A stretch of DNA of 63,564 nucleotides from an uncultured Clostridia bacterium. GTDB taxonomy: Bacteria; UBA6262; WVXT01. The stretch covers positions 1 through 63,564 of the forward strand of contig CAYFRM010000040.1 in NCBI GenBank assembly GCA_964345635.1, written 5' to 3'. Under the pieces are notes generated by a model that was given only the letters and a program-made list of their open reading frames with translations, made no database searches and was not told the origin of the DNA. Of the stretch, positions 6,922 through 16,708 are shown in pieces. Positions within the stretch are counted from its first letter, which is position 1. Each line of letters starts with the position of its first letter. The position numbers and the translations under genes are program-made.

Positions 6922-8559
6922 CTAGGCCCGTTTTACCTTCCCGGCGACTATTCCCCCCTCCCTGACCATAAAAATGGCCAGAATGAGCAAAATCACGCCG
7001 ATTATCGCTAACAGGTAGTTCTGATTCCTGATAAATCCACGCACCTGGTATATCAGGGCTCCCGTGGTAGTAAGCAGAACAAAAATTCCCGGATATATCG
7101 TATATTTTGTGGGTTTTTTCATCGCCCAGAGATAAGAAGTAACTACCAGAAGAGCCAATGCCGCCACCAGTTGATTGGAAGCCCCGAAAATTGGCCAGAT
7201 TGCCTTCCAATTGCCAAATGCCAAGTATCCGGCACAGAAGATGATGACTGCCGTGGAAAAATAACGGTTCTGGAAAATTTTCCACTTCAAACCTTCGCCA
7301 AATAACTCTTCTGTTATATAGCGGTTAATTCTTGTGCCGGTATCCAAGGTGGTCATTACAAAGCTGTTAAGCATTACCATAGCCACCAGCGGCCCAAATG
7401 TGGCCCCCAGAAGAGGCGCTGCTATCCGGCCAAATCCCCGGGCAAAGGTCACAATCCAGTTCCCTCCCTTAATCAATTCCGGATAGACCAGTCCCTCCCT
7501 TCCCGCTCCGCCCGTCCAATAAAGACCGGCTGCCACAGCAATGAGAGCCAGGCTCGCCAGAATACCCTCCAGTATCATTCCCCCGTACGCCACCTTCCTC
7601 CCATCTCTCTCGTTTGTCAATTGCTTGGACGTTGTTCCGCTGGCAATCAAGGAATGGAATCCGGAGATTGCTCCACAGGCAACGATGACGAACAACATCG
7701 GCCAGAGAGTCCCCTGAGCGCTGGACCACTGCACAAGGGCGGGAGTGTGCATCCTGGGATGGGAAAAGAATAGTCCCAAATAGCCGAAAATTAGTCCGAA
7801 AAACAGGATAAAAGTGGATAGATAATCCCGCGGTTGAAGGAGAATATTTACCGGGGTAATAGAAGCAATAAATGCGTACCCTAACAATATGACCATCCAG
7901 ATTTTTGCGCTGCCTTCTATCCCCAGGGATACAGGAAAATGGTAGCCCAGAACAAGAAGCCCTGCCAGCAAAATCAGACCTGCCAACGTGGCTACCACCT
8001 GGTTGATTTTCCATTTGTAAATCATAAGCCCCGTGAGAATGGCAACCAGAATGAGGCCAAAAGTAGGTATCACTATCCTCGGTTCGTTCACTAAAGTCGT
8101 GCTGGTGACAGCGGCAAAGACTGCCACCACCAGAATAAGAGTCAGCCACAAGAAAGTAGCAAACAACATTTTTGCCCGGCGGCTCATTGTCGACTCGGCA
8201 ACATCGCCGATCGACCTGCCCTTGTGTCTTAGAGAGCTCATCAAACAGGAGAAATCATGAACTCCCCCGATAAATATGGACCCTATTACTATCCATATTA
8301 GAACCGGCACCCAGCCCCAGATAGCCACCGCAATTACCGGCCCGATGATAGGCCCCGCCCCGGCAATGCTGGCAAAATGGTGCCCGAAAAGAATTGTCCA
8401 GTGCTTTGCCGGCACATAATCTATCCCGTCATTATTCTCCACTGCCGGCGTCTTTCTCCGCGGGTCTACATCCCAGAGTTTCTCCATAATCTTTCCATAA
8501 AATCTATACCCGCACCATAAGAGCAGAATCGCAAAAACAGCTACCGTTAAGGAGTTCAT
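6922..8559 (-). CDS. cstA: Carbon starvation protein A (peptide/pyruvate transporter family)
   Basis: 545 aa polytopic membrane protein. N-terminus ...LLWCGYRFYGK and overall CstA-like helix and Gly-rich pattern. Confidence 0.9.
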   Translation of the reverse strand: MNSLTVAVFAILLLWCGYRFYGKIMEKLWDVDPRRKTPAVENNDGIDYVPAKHWTILFGHHFASIAGAGPIIGPVIAVAIWGWVPVLIWIVIGSIFIGGVHDFSCLMSSLRHKGRSIGDVAESTMSRRAKMLFATFLWLTLILVVAVFAAVTSTTLVNEPRIVIPTFGLILVAILTGLMIYKWKINQVVATLAGLILLAGLLVLGYHFPVSLGIEGSAKIWMVILLGYAFIASITPVNILLQPRDYLSTFILFFGLIFGYLGLFFSHPRMHTPALVQWSSAQGTLWPMLFVIVACGAISGFHSLIASGTTSKQLTNERDGRKVAYGGMILEGILASLALIAVAAGLYWTGGAGREGLVYPELIKGGNWIVTFARGFGRIAAPLLGATFGPLVAMVMLNSFVMTTLDTGTRINRYITEELFGEGLKWKIFQNRYFSTAVIIFCAGYLAFGNWKAIWPIFGASNQLVAALALLVVTSYLWAMKKPTKYTIYPGIFVLLTTTGALIYQVRGFIRNQNYLLAIIGVILLILAIFMVREGGIVAGKVKRA

Positions 8560-8584
8560 TTATATACCTTCCATAATTTCTATA

Positions 8585-8613
8585 TTTATAGTAAATTTAT
8601 GATTTCTTGTCAA
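8585..8613 (-). promoter_or_regulatory. sigma70 promoter of cstA
   Basis: On the - strand: TTGACA (8613-8608), 17-nt spacer, TATAAA (8590-8585), then a GGAAGG SD before the ATG at 8559. Confidence 0.6.
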
Positions 8614-8657
8614 CTACACTAAACAGATTACAAATTTCAAATTACAGATTACAAACC
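8614..8657 (-). repeat. Heptad array (5 units AATCTGT/AATTTGT/AATTTGA) plus truncated GTAGTGTAG unit
   Basis: The - strand reads ggtttgt aatctgt aatttga aatttgt aatctgt ttAGTGTAG. It starts immediately after the stop of the 946-aa gene. Confidence 0.85.
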
Positions 8658-11498
8658 TTAGAAGGTGGGTCCCAGGGAAAAATAGAATTTCCCGCTGAAT
8701 TTATCCGTCCGCCAGCCGTAATCTAACCTGAGCGTAAAGGGAAACATCTGTATGAGAAAAGTGTTTATTCTCAACCCTATTCCCACGGTGTTTTTTATAT
8801 CTGAAATCGTTTTTATCTCCTCAGGTTCGTTCCAGGCTGCGCCGGAATCGGTAAAAAGGGCAAGTTGCAGGTTCTTCAGATATATCTCCGGCCAGAGAAG
8901 TCTGAACCTCCAATTTATTTCCGGAAAGAGCATAAACCTCCACTCAGCGTTAACCAGGGCTAACCTGCTCCCCGAGGAAGCACCCTTGGAAAGCCCGCGT
9001 AGCTTGCTTTCTCCCCCCAAAGAGGTCTCTGTCCTATCCTTTCCCTGGGCCAGCCTTCCCAGAAATCTAAATGCCAAAACATTGCGTTCGGATAGCTTGA
9101 AATATTTCCTGGCATCGAGGATATACTTTGTATAATCGAAGTCGCCATCAAGCGCTTTGAAAGCTTGATAGACCGTCAAATTGACCCGGCTACCGCTCAT
9201 TATGTCCACAATCTTTCCCTGGGTTGTATCCCTTACCAGAGAAAGAGCAACTCCGTTCTCCCGGGTTCTGATATTGTCTCCATTCCACTCTCGCTTGGAC
9301 TCGGTAATAAGTTCCAGGTCTACTCGCCGGAAACGGTCGAAAGGATAACTGACCATAATCTCTTCGGCAAATTTGCTGCTACGGACCGTATCATCATCGT
9401 CGTCAGATTCGCGTCGCATCTTTCCGTAAACAAAAAAGCCTAAACTGGGTCGCCACCTTTGATAAATATAGCCTAATTGATAGGTTAGCCAGTCATATTC
9501 CGAGGCATACTCTAAATAGGCAATCATCCCGTGGTTTCCCAGCATATCACTTGCCTGCCAGTATCCGGCTGTGTACAGACCTTCTGTTGTGGAGTAAAAG
9601 AGCAAAGGAAAGATTAGATCCGTGGATGCCCTGAATCTATAGGGATGAATCCTGGTGACCGGAGAGGGTTGAGGACTTATGATTGGCCCGGTGGGCTCTG
9701 GTGGCAGTTGGGCTATCGCTATTTCTTCTTTCCCTCCCTTCAATTTTCTTGCAAACACCTCTTCCCGGGGAAATTCTCCCCGGTGGATGTTCATCTCCCC
9801 ATTCCGATAGGAAACGAAAAGTAGATGTTCTCCGTCGGAAGATATGTCGGGAGTAAAGACGCCCACTTTGACGTCGGTCAATTGGAAAATGTCCAATTTC
9901 AGATTCTCATCCCGAATCTCTTCTTCCCGGCCCCTCACGTCCATGCGGTAAATGTTAAAAATTCCCTCGTAATCGCCGATGTAGACGATACTATTGCCGT
10001 CGGGCGTCCAGCAAGGATCCATCTCATCATCGGGGGTGGAAGTCAATCGGGTAATGGCGAGGCTTTCCAGGTCCAGAAGAAAGAGCTCTTTCTGTCTTTC
10101 CCTTTCGGAGACGTAGACAATCTTCTTATCGTCGGGAGAAAAGACAGGATAACTGTCGTCGAACTCGTCGGTGGTTAACTTCTCCAGGTTCTTACCGTTG
10201 GTATCCACCAGGTAGAGGTCGTTAACGCCCCCTTCCATCCCCACAAAAACAATCTTATCCCCCTGGCGGGAAAAACAGGGCGATTTTATGACTTTTACGG
10301 GCAGGCGAAGTCTCTTTAATTTGTTTTTCTTGAGATTAATTATGTACAGGTAATCTTTCAGTTTTTTCTCTCCTGCAAAAACAATCTTTTCTCCGTCCGG
10401 GGACCAGGAAAGAGCGTGTCCGTCATAATGGATGACATCCAGACTCCTTCCGATCCGCGATTTTAGAATCGATTCCTGGCTCGTTCCGTCTACGTTCATC
10501 ACAAACAGGTCACCGTATCCGTTACGGGTAGAAACGAAAGCTACTCTCTTTCCGTCGGGTGAGAAGACCGGATTGGAATTAAACTCGGCATTCTCTGTAA
10601 GTTTCTTTCCGTAAGTTTCCGCTTCTTCTTTTCCCTCCGCTTCCATCGTATATTTTTCTTTCATATATTTCTGCCATCTTATGTCAAAACTGCCTAGGTC
10701 AGTATCGATTGTGCGCATAAAAACCCCGTTTATTTCCAGGCTCTCCCGCAGATTCTTAATCAATTTGGGAACCTTATCTTCCCCGTACTCCTCTGCCAGA
10801 AAACTGATTGCGCTGTGTCCCTCCTGGTAGGCTAACAAAATCTGGTGCATTCTCAAATGATTGAAACTGTGTAACTTACCCAGAGGAATTATCGTATCGG
10901 AAATAGCGACGTCTCTCAAAAGCATATGGTCGTAAGTTTCCCATTCTTCTTTACTCTCATATTCCGACAATCCTTCGATTATCCACAAAGGATAGAAGAC
11001 AAATCTCATCAGGCTCGCCGATTTCCAGAATCCACCGTACCAGATGTTAAAAATTGCGATATGGGTGAACTCATGAGTAATCACATGTTCTAACTCTTTA
11101 TCCGAACCGGTTACGGGAATTACAAACCTGTTCTTGTAGGGCTCGGAGAATCCACCGACCCCCTCGCCAGTATCGGCAATGTTATTCTGCTCAAAGTGGT
11201 TATGGGTCATATATAAGAAGAAAGGCGTTTTCTTTTCTATACTGATATTTAAGTCGCCGGTAACTTTTTCGTAAGCTTTTTCCAGCATCTTGCTCACTTT
11301 GGGAATCAGGTGCCTTTCTTCGGGATAATGGTAAATCTGGAAATGTTCGGTCTCGGCAATATGCCAGGTGTGTTGATCGACGATTACCTTATTCTTACCG
11401 AAAGAGACGTCCGGGTAGGCAGGAGAATTTCTCAAAAAAAGGAGGCAAAATGAGAGCCAAACAAATAAAAGTGATTTCTTGTTCAATCTATTCCTCAT
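8658..11498 (-). CDS. Outer-membrane fusion protein: peptidase-MA-like HExxH domain + six PD40/TolB-like propeller repeats + Omp85-type C-terminal barrel
   Basis: 946 aa with a signal peptide. Carries HVITHEFTHIA...WIIEGLSEYE. Six repeats of the SPDG-x-(I/V)-x-(F/Y) type (e.g. PVFSPDGKRVAFVS, LSWSPDGEKIVFAG). C-terminus ...LRLDYGWRTD...YFSLGPTF. Confidence 0.8.
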   Translation of the reverse strand: MRNRLNKKSLLFVWLSFCLLFLRNSPAYPDVSFGKNKVIVDQHTWHIAETEHFQIYHYPEERHLIPKVSKMLEKAYEKVTGDLNISIEKKTPFFLYMTHNHFEQNNIADTGEGVGGFSEPYKNRFVIPVTGSDKELEHVITHEFTHIAIFNIWYGGFWKSASLMRFVFYPLWIIEGLSEYESKEEWETYDHMLLRDVAISDTIIPLGKLHSFNHLRMHQILLAYQEGHSAISFLAEEYGEDKVPKLIKNLRESLEINGVFMRTIDTDLGSFDIRWQKYMKEKYTMEAEGKEEAETYGKKLTENAEFNSNPVFSPDGKRVAFVSTRNGYGDLFVMNVDGTSQESILKSRIGRSLDVIHYDGHALSWSPDGEKIVFAGEKKLKDYLYIINLKKNKLKRLRLPVKVIKSPCFSRQGDKIVFVGMEGGVNDLYLVDTNGKNLEKLTTDEFDDSYPVFSPDDKKIVYVSERERQKELFLLDLESLAITRLTSTPDDEMDPCWTPDGNSIVYIGDYEGIFNIYRMDVRGREEEIRDENLKLDIFQLTDVKVGVFTPDISSDGEHLLFVSYRNGEMNIHRGEFPREEVFARKLKGGKEEIAIAQLPPEPTGPIISPQPSPVTRIHPYRFRASTDLIFPLLFYSTTEGLYTAGYWQASDMLGNHGMIAYLEYASEYDWLTYQLGYIYQRWRPSLGFFVYGKMRRESDDDDDTVRSSKFAEEIMVSYPFDRFRRVDLELITESKREWNGDNIRTRENGVALSLVRDTTQGKIVDIMSGSRVNLTVYQAFKALDGDFDYTKYILDARKYFKLSERNVLAFRFLGRLAQGKDRTETSLGGESKLRGLSKGASSGSRLALVNAEWRFMLFPEINWRFRLLWPEIYLKNLQLALFTDSGAAWNEPEEIKTISDIKNTVGIGLRINTFLIQMFPFTLRLDYGWRTDKFSGKFYFSLGPTF

Positions 11499-13206
11499 CT
11501 TCCGAATTGTTCATTTTTTCACTGATTATTTCGCCCAGAGTGGCTCCGGGAATTTCCTGTTCAATATACTTTTCCATTTCCGCTCTTTCCTGTGCCTTTA
11601 TATATTCCTTGATGCTCAAATCGATTATCATCTGCTGGGGATCGGCTCTAATAATTCTTGCCCAGACTCTATCTCCCACCCTTAAAACTTCTTTTATATC
11701 TTTAACTTTCCCCTTAGCCGCCTGGGAAATATGGATTAGCCCTTTTATACCCGGTTCCAATTCTACAAAAGCTCCGAAATTGGTGAGATGAACCACTTTT
11801 CCCTGAACATTGCTCCCCACAAAATATTTCCCATATGGGTTTTTCGATTTCTGTTTCAGTCCCAGAGATATTTTTTCAGCCTTGACATTTACCTCCAGAA
11901 CTACTGCTTCCACTTGATTTCCCACCTTGAGCACCTGTCCCGGGTGTCTCAATCTCTTTGTCCAGGAAATATCAGAAACATGAATCATCCCCTCAATTCC
12001 CTCTTCCAATCTGACAAAAGCCCCAAAGGGTGCCAGATGCGTAACGGTTCCCGTGAGTCTTGTTCCCGGCGGATACTTCTCTTTTGCCTGAGCCCAGGGA
12101 TTAGGCTGTATCTGTTTCAGCCCGAGGGATAATTTCCTCTTTTCTTCATCTATGCTGAGCACTCTGACTCTTACCACGTCTCCCACTTTCAATACTTCGC
12201 GGGGGTGCCTTATTTTCTCCGTCCAGGACATCTCGGAGACGTGAATCAGGCCTTCTATCCCGGGCTCCAGCTCGACAAACGCACCATAGGGGAGAATACC
12301 GGTTACTTTTCCCGCGGGAGTCGAATCAACAGGATATTTCTCCCTGATATTTTCCCAGGGATGGGGCTCCATCTGTTTCAGTCCTAATGAAATCTGCTCT
12401 TTTTCCCGGTTGAACGCGAGAACTTTTACGTCCATCTGTTCGCCCACCTTCAATGCATCTTCCACTCTCTCCAGGCGACCCCACGTTATATCGCCTATGT
12501 GCAGCAGTCCATCAATTCCGCCCAGATCAATAAATGCACCAAACCTGGTCATATTCTTCACAGTACCTTTCAATACGTCTCCCACGGTTATTCTGTTTAA
12601 CAGCTCTTCCCTCTTTTTCTTTACCTCATCCTCAATTACCAATCTCCAGGAGACGACGATATTCCTCTTTGGTTCGAATTCGATTACTCTTAACGGAACC
12701 ACCTGGCCGACGACACTATCCAGGTCCTTTACCGGGGGATAACCAATCTGAGAGGCAGGCATAAAAGCCTCGGCAAGACCTTTTCCTTCTTCCAGAATAG
12801 AATCAGGCCCTCCCAGATCCACAATCATACCTCCTTTAATCTTCCTGACTATCTTGCCCAGTATTTCGCTCTGCGTGGTATAGGCATCGCGAATTCTATC
12901 CCAGGTCCTTACCATTTCTGCCTTCTTCAATGATATAACGGGTCGGCCGTAGGCGTCTTCTCTTTTTTCCAAAAAGACCTCTATTTTATCGCCAGTTTTT
13001 ACCTTTAATTTCCCTGAAGGAGTGGCTACGTCTTCTTTCTTGAGAATTCCCTCGGTTTTCAAACCCACGTCGACCAATAAAGATTCGCCTTTCACCTGGA
13101 TAACTTTCCCGGTAACGATTTTCCCTTCCTTGATTTTGTCAAGGTCTTTTAATAACTTTTCCATCCTGGAGTCATGATGATTTTTTTCTTTTGGTGTATC
13201 CGTCAT
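11488..13206 (-). CDS. rpsA: 30S ribosomal protein S1
   Basis: 572 aa with six S1/OB repeats (G.V......GAFV.L..GI.GL.H.S). Confidence 0.95.
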   Translation of the reverse strand: MTDTPKEKNHHDSRMEKLLKDLDKIKEGKIVTGKVIQVKGESLLVDVGLKTEGILKKEDVATPSGKLKVKTGDKIEVFLEKREDAYGRPVISLKKAEMVRTWDRIRDAYTTQSEILGKIVRKIKGGMIVDLGGPDSILEEGKGLAEAFMPASQIGYPPVKDLDSVVGQVVPLRVIEFEPKRNIVVSWRLVIEDEVKKKREELLNRITVGDVLKGTVKNMTRFGAFIDLGGIDGLLHIGDITWGRLERVEDALKVGEQMDVKVLAFNREKEQISLGLKQMEPHPWENIREKYPVDSTPAGKVTGILPYGAFVELEPGIEGLIHVSEMSWTEKIRHPREVLKVGDVVRVRVLSIDEEKRKLSLGLKQIQPNPWAQAKEKYPPGTRLTGTVTHLAPFGAFVRLEEGIEGMIHVSDISWTKRLRHPGQVLKVGNQVEAVVLEVNVKAEKISLGLKQKSKNPYGKYFVGSNVQGKVVHLTNFGAFVELEPGIKGLIHISQAAKGKVKDIKEVLRVGDRVWARIIRADPQQMIIDLSIKEYIKAQERAEMEKYIEQEIPGATLGEIISEKMNNSEDEE

Positions 13207-14076
13207 CTAACGCTCCGGTGCATCGGAACTACCCCTCAACAGGCCTTTTACTACACTTTTGATTATCCAATCGGGAGTGGAAGTGCCGGAAGTTATTCCT
13301 ACTCCTCTTTTCTTACTGAACCAACCGGGTCTCAATTCCTCCGCCGATTCTATATGGTAAGCACGGGTAACTTTCTTGCAGATATTGTAAAGTCTGGTAG
13401 TATTGGCGCTATTCTTACCGCCAATTACAATCATAAGATTTGCTCTCTTTGCCAGTCCTTTCGCCTCTTTCTGACGCTGGGAAGTCTCTTTGCAAATAGT
13501 GTTATGAATTTTCGGGTTTTTAGTCTTCTTCTTTAATCTTTTCACAATCTTCTCGAAGCTTTCCACCGCTTGCGTAGTCTGGCTGATGACTCCTATTTTT
13601 TTGTCTGTCTTGATCTTTTCCACATCTCGGGGAGTCTCTACCACGGAAGCTTCACCGTCGGCAAAAGAAAGTAAGGAAATTACTTCCGGATGAGATTTCT
13701 GCCCCACTATTACTACATGGTAGCCGTTCTCATGTAATCTCTTTGCCAGTAATTGAGCCCGCTTGACGAACGGGCAGGTAGCATCTATTAACCTGAGCCG
13801 CCTTTTCTCTATTCTCTTCAACACTGTTTGAGGCAAGCCGTGAGAAGGCACAATGAGAGTTCCTGCTTTTATCCGGCCCAGCCGGGAGATAGTTCTTACC
13901 CCCAGCCTTTCCAGGCGCTCGACTTCCTGAGGATTATGAATCAGTGGCCCTAAAGTATACACCGGGGTTGTGATGGTCCTCTTTCTATTACCCCTCGTCG
14001 GTATACTCTGCGCCAGGGAGATAGCCCTCTTTACTCCCGAACAAAACCCCATCTTTCTGGTAAAAATAAGTCTCAT
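13207..14076 (-). CDS. ispH: 4-hydroxy-3-methylbut-2-enyl diphosphate reductase
   Basis: 289 aa. MGFCSGVKRAI start, conserved Cys/His pattern of LytB. The stop abuts the rpsA start. Confidence 0.9.
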   Translation of the reverse strand: MRLIFTRKMGFCSGVKRAISLAQSIPTRGNRKRTITTPVYTLGPLIHNPQEVERLERLGVRTISRLGRIKAGTLIVPSHGLPQTVLKRIEKRRLRLIDATCPFVKRAQLLAKRLHENGYHVVIVGQKSHPEVISLLSFADGEASVVETPRDVEKIKTDKKIGVISQTTQAVESFEKIVKRLKKKTKNPKIHNTICKETSQRQKEAKGLAKRANLMIVIGGKNSANTTRLYNICKKVTRAYHIESAEELRPGWFSKKRGVGITSGTSTPDWIIKSVVKGLLRGSSDAPER

Positions 14077-14090
14077 CTCGATTACAAATT

Positions 14091-14705
14091 TCAGATTTCA
14101 GCTTGATATCGGTATTGCCCTTCCCGGTCCAGCTCCATTATTCCTTCCATTACTCTGTGGGCGAAATCGCGGTAACGAGACTTTTCATTCTCGCCTTTTT
14201 CGTCTGTTCCGAAATATATCGGTGAGCCAAAGCGCACAATTACCCTGGGAAAATTTTTTGCTCTGTGAGTATTCACAACCAGAGTAGGAACGACGGGGAA
14301 TTTAGTCTTTTGCGCTATCCAGGCAACCCCGGGTTGAGGCGCTCTCAGGCGCCCTCCCTTTCCCCGTCCACCTTCGGGGAAGACCACCAGGGTCTTCTTT
14401 CCATTCAACACTCTAAGCGCCTTTTTAAAGGCGGCTACGTCCTGTTTCCCTCTATCCACGGGAAAAGTGTGTATCATCCTCAGGACCGTTCCGAAAACGG
14501 GGAACCGGAAGAGCTGTTTTTTTGCCATAAAGTATACCTGGTATCCACCAATTGCCACGCCCACCAGAGGGGGGTCCCAGTAACTGGCATGATTAGGAGC
14601 TATAATAACTCCACCTTTGGGAATATTTCTCCTTCCTTCAATGCGAAAACGGAACAGGATTTTGCCTATCAACCAGATTAGCCAATAACCCAAAACATAC
14701 AACAT
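14091..14705 (-). CDS. plsC: 1-acyl-sn-glycerol-3-phosphate acyltransferase
   Basis: 204 aa. NHASYWD (HxxxxD) and VFPEGGRG acyltransferase motifs. Confidence 0.85.
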   Translation of the reverse strand: MLYVLGYWLIWLIGKILFRFRIEGRRNIPKGGVIIAPNHASYWDPPLVGVAIGGYQVYFMAKKQLFRFPVFGTVLRMIHTFPVDRGKQDVAAFKKALRVLNGKKTLVVFPEGGRGKGGRLRAPQPGVAWIAQKTKFPVVPTLVVNTHRAKNFPRVIVRFGSPIYFGTDEKGENEKSRYRDFAHRVMEGIMELDREGQYRYQAEI

Positions 14706-14718
14706 AACTTACCCCCGC

Positions 14719-14735
14719 AAAAAAGTGACAGGTAC
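14719..14735 (+). repeat. Partial copy of the RAYT-flanking repeat (AAAAAAGTGACAGGTAC)
   Basis: Same 11-nt core GTGACAGGTAC as at 17585-17605. It lacks the 3' T arm. Located in the plsC-cmk gap. Confidence 0.7.
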
Positions 14736-14740
14736 AATAT

Positions 14741-15406
14741 TCATTCGATTCTTTTCAGGATAAACTCTACTACTTCTTTCTTGCTCATATCCGTGGAGTC
14801 TATGACTACAGCATCAGGAGCTATCTTCAAGGGAGCCACTCCCCGGGTGCGGTCGCGCCTGTCGCGAGAGCGAATCGCCTTTTCCAGCTCCGCCAGGTCC
14901 CCTTTCTCCCCTTTCGCTTTCAGTTCTCTGTATCTTCTCAAAGCCCTTTCTTTAAGTGACGCATCCAGATAGAACTTATAGTCTGCCCGGGGAAAGACTA
15001 CGGTGCCTATATCCCTGCCTTCCACTACAATTCCCCCCGAAGAACCCAGTCTCCTCTGAATTTTCACCAGCTCCTTCCTCACCTCAGGGATTGCAGCCAA
15101 GATGCTGGCTCCTTCAGTGACCCTTTTGTTCCTTATATTGTTGGTGACATCCTTTCCATCCAAATAGACCCTTGCCGTTCCCCCTTTACTCTTTAGCTCC
15201 ATCCTGCTATTTCTCACCATCCTGATCAATTCTCTCTTAGATTGCAGATCTATCTTTTTTCTAAATGCTTTCCAGCTTATTGCTCTATACATACCGCCCG
15301 TATCAATATAATTATAACCCAATTTTTTACTAACCATTCTGGCAATTGTTGTCTTCCCTGCCCCTGCTGGCCCGTCGATAGCAATAACCGCTCTTCTCTT
15401 CACCAA
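14741..15406 (-). CDS. cmk: Cytidylate kinase
   Basis: 221 aa. IAIDGPAGAGKTT P-loop and Cmk-like body. Confidence 0.95.
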   Translation of the reverse strand: MVKRRAVIAIDGPAGAGKTTIARMVSKKLGYNYIDTGGMYRAISWKAFRKKIDLQSKRELIRMVRNSRMELKSKGGTARVYLDGKDVTNNIRNKRVTEGASILAAIPEVRKELVKIQRRLGSSGGIVVEGRDIGTVVFPRADYKFYLDASLKERALRRYRELKAKGEKGDLAELEKAIRSRDRRDRTRGVAPLKIAPDAVVIDSTDMSKKEVVEFILKRIE

Positions 15407-15419
15407 ATTTCCACCATAC

Positions 15420-16706
15420 CTATCTTACCATCCGATTTATGGCATCCATAAAGCCGGGGAAGGATGTATCGATACAGGCAACATCGTTTACGGTAGTCTC
15501 ACCATCGGCAATCAGCCCGGCAATGGTCAGTGCCATAGCCATGCGGTGGTCGCCGAAACTATTAACCGAACTACCTGCCAATCTCTTCCCTCCGGAAATT
15601 ACCATTCCGTCTCTTTTTTCTTTTACGGAAGCTCCCATTCGGGAAAGTTGAGAAACCAGATTGCCTATGCGGTCGCTCTCCTTGACTCGCAATTCCTGAG
15701 CATTGCTGATTTGAGTTATCCCTTCGGCTTGCGTTGCCGCCACGGCCAAGACAGGAATCTCGTCTATGATTCTGGGAATCAACTGGCCCCTTATTTCGGT
15801 TCCTCTCAGGCTGCTACTTTTTACGACAAGGTCGGCTGCTGGCTCTCCACAAAGCTCACGGACGTTATCAATTACAATGTCGGCTCCCATCTTCTTAAGG
15901 ATATCTATGATCCCCGTGCGCGTGGGATTGATTCCCACTCCCCTTATTTTGATTTGCGAATTCTGTAAAACAAGGCAGGCAATGATAAAGAAGGCCGCGG
16001 AAGAGATATCTCCGGGAACGGTAATCTGTCTTGCCTTTAATTCCGAGATTCCTTCAATAAAAACAGTCCTTCCCTTGACTTCTACAGGAGCACCCAGATA
16101 TTTTAACATCCGTTCCGTATGGTCTCTCGACGGCGAAAGCTCAGTGAGGCTCGTCCTCCCTGCAGCATATAGTCCTGCCAGAAGAACGCAGGATTTCACC
16201 TGGGCGCTGGCAACAGGAGAATGGTAATCTATAGGACGTAATTTCTGCCCCACAATGGTTATCGGCGGATGGTTGTCGTCGGGGCTACTTATCTTTGCTC
16301 CCATTTCCCTTAAGGGGAGAATGATTCTTCTCATCGGTCTTTTCCGCAGAGACTCATCACCGGTCATCGTGGAAGAGAAATCTTGCCCGGCAAGAATTCC
16401 GCTGAGGAGTCTCATAGTAGTTCCCGAATTGCCTACGTCGATAACCTCTTTGGCCGGAGACAACCCCTTTAATCCTTGCCCGTGAATAGTCAATCCTTGC
16501 CCGGCTTGTTCTTCTATTTCTATCCCCAGTTTAACGAAAGCATTTAATGTGTTCCGACAGTCAACGCAATCGGAAAGCCCCTTAACTCTGGTTTCCCCCC
16601 GGGCGATGCTACCCAGCATAATAGCGCGGTGAGAAATAGATTTGTCCCCGGGCAAAGAAATTTCCCCTTCAATTTTCTTCTTTGTTTCTATTTTAATACT
16701 TTTCAT
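15420..16706 (-). CDS. aroA: 3-phosphoshikimate 1-carboxyvinyltransferase (EPSP synthase)
   Basis: 428 aa. LPGDKSISHRA motif and full-length EPSPS pattern. Confidence 0.95.
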   Translation of the reverse strand: MKSIKIETKKKIEGEISLPGDKSISHRAIMLGSIARGETRVKGLSDCVDCRNTLNAFVKLGIEIEEQAGQGLTIHGQGLKGLSPAKEVIDVGNSGTTMRLLSGILAGQDFSSTMTGDESLRKRPMRRIILPLREMGAKISSPDDNHPPITIVGQKLRPIDYHSPVASAQVKSCVLLAGLYAAGRTSLTELSPSRDHTERMLKYLGAPVEVKGRTVFIEGISELKARQITVPGDISSAAFFIIACLVLQNSQIKIRGVGINPTRTGIIDILKKMGADIVIDNVRELCGEPAADLVVKSSSLRGTEIRGQLIPRIIDEIPVLAVAATQAEGITQISNAQELRVKESDRIGNLVSQLSRMGASVKEKRDGMVISGGKRLAGSSVNSFGDHRMAMALTIAGLIADGETTVNDVACIDTSFPGFMDAINRMVR

Positions 16707-16708
16707 GT

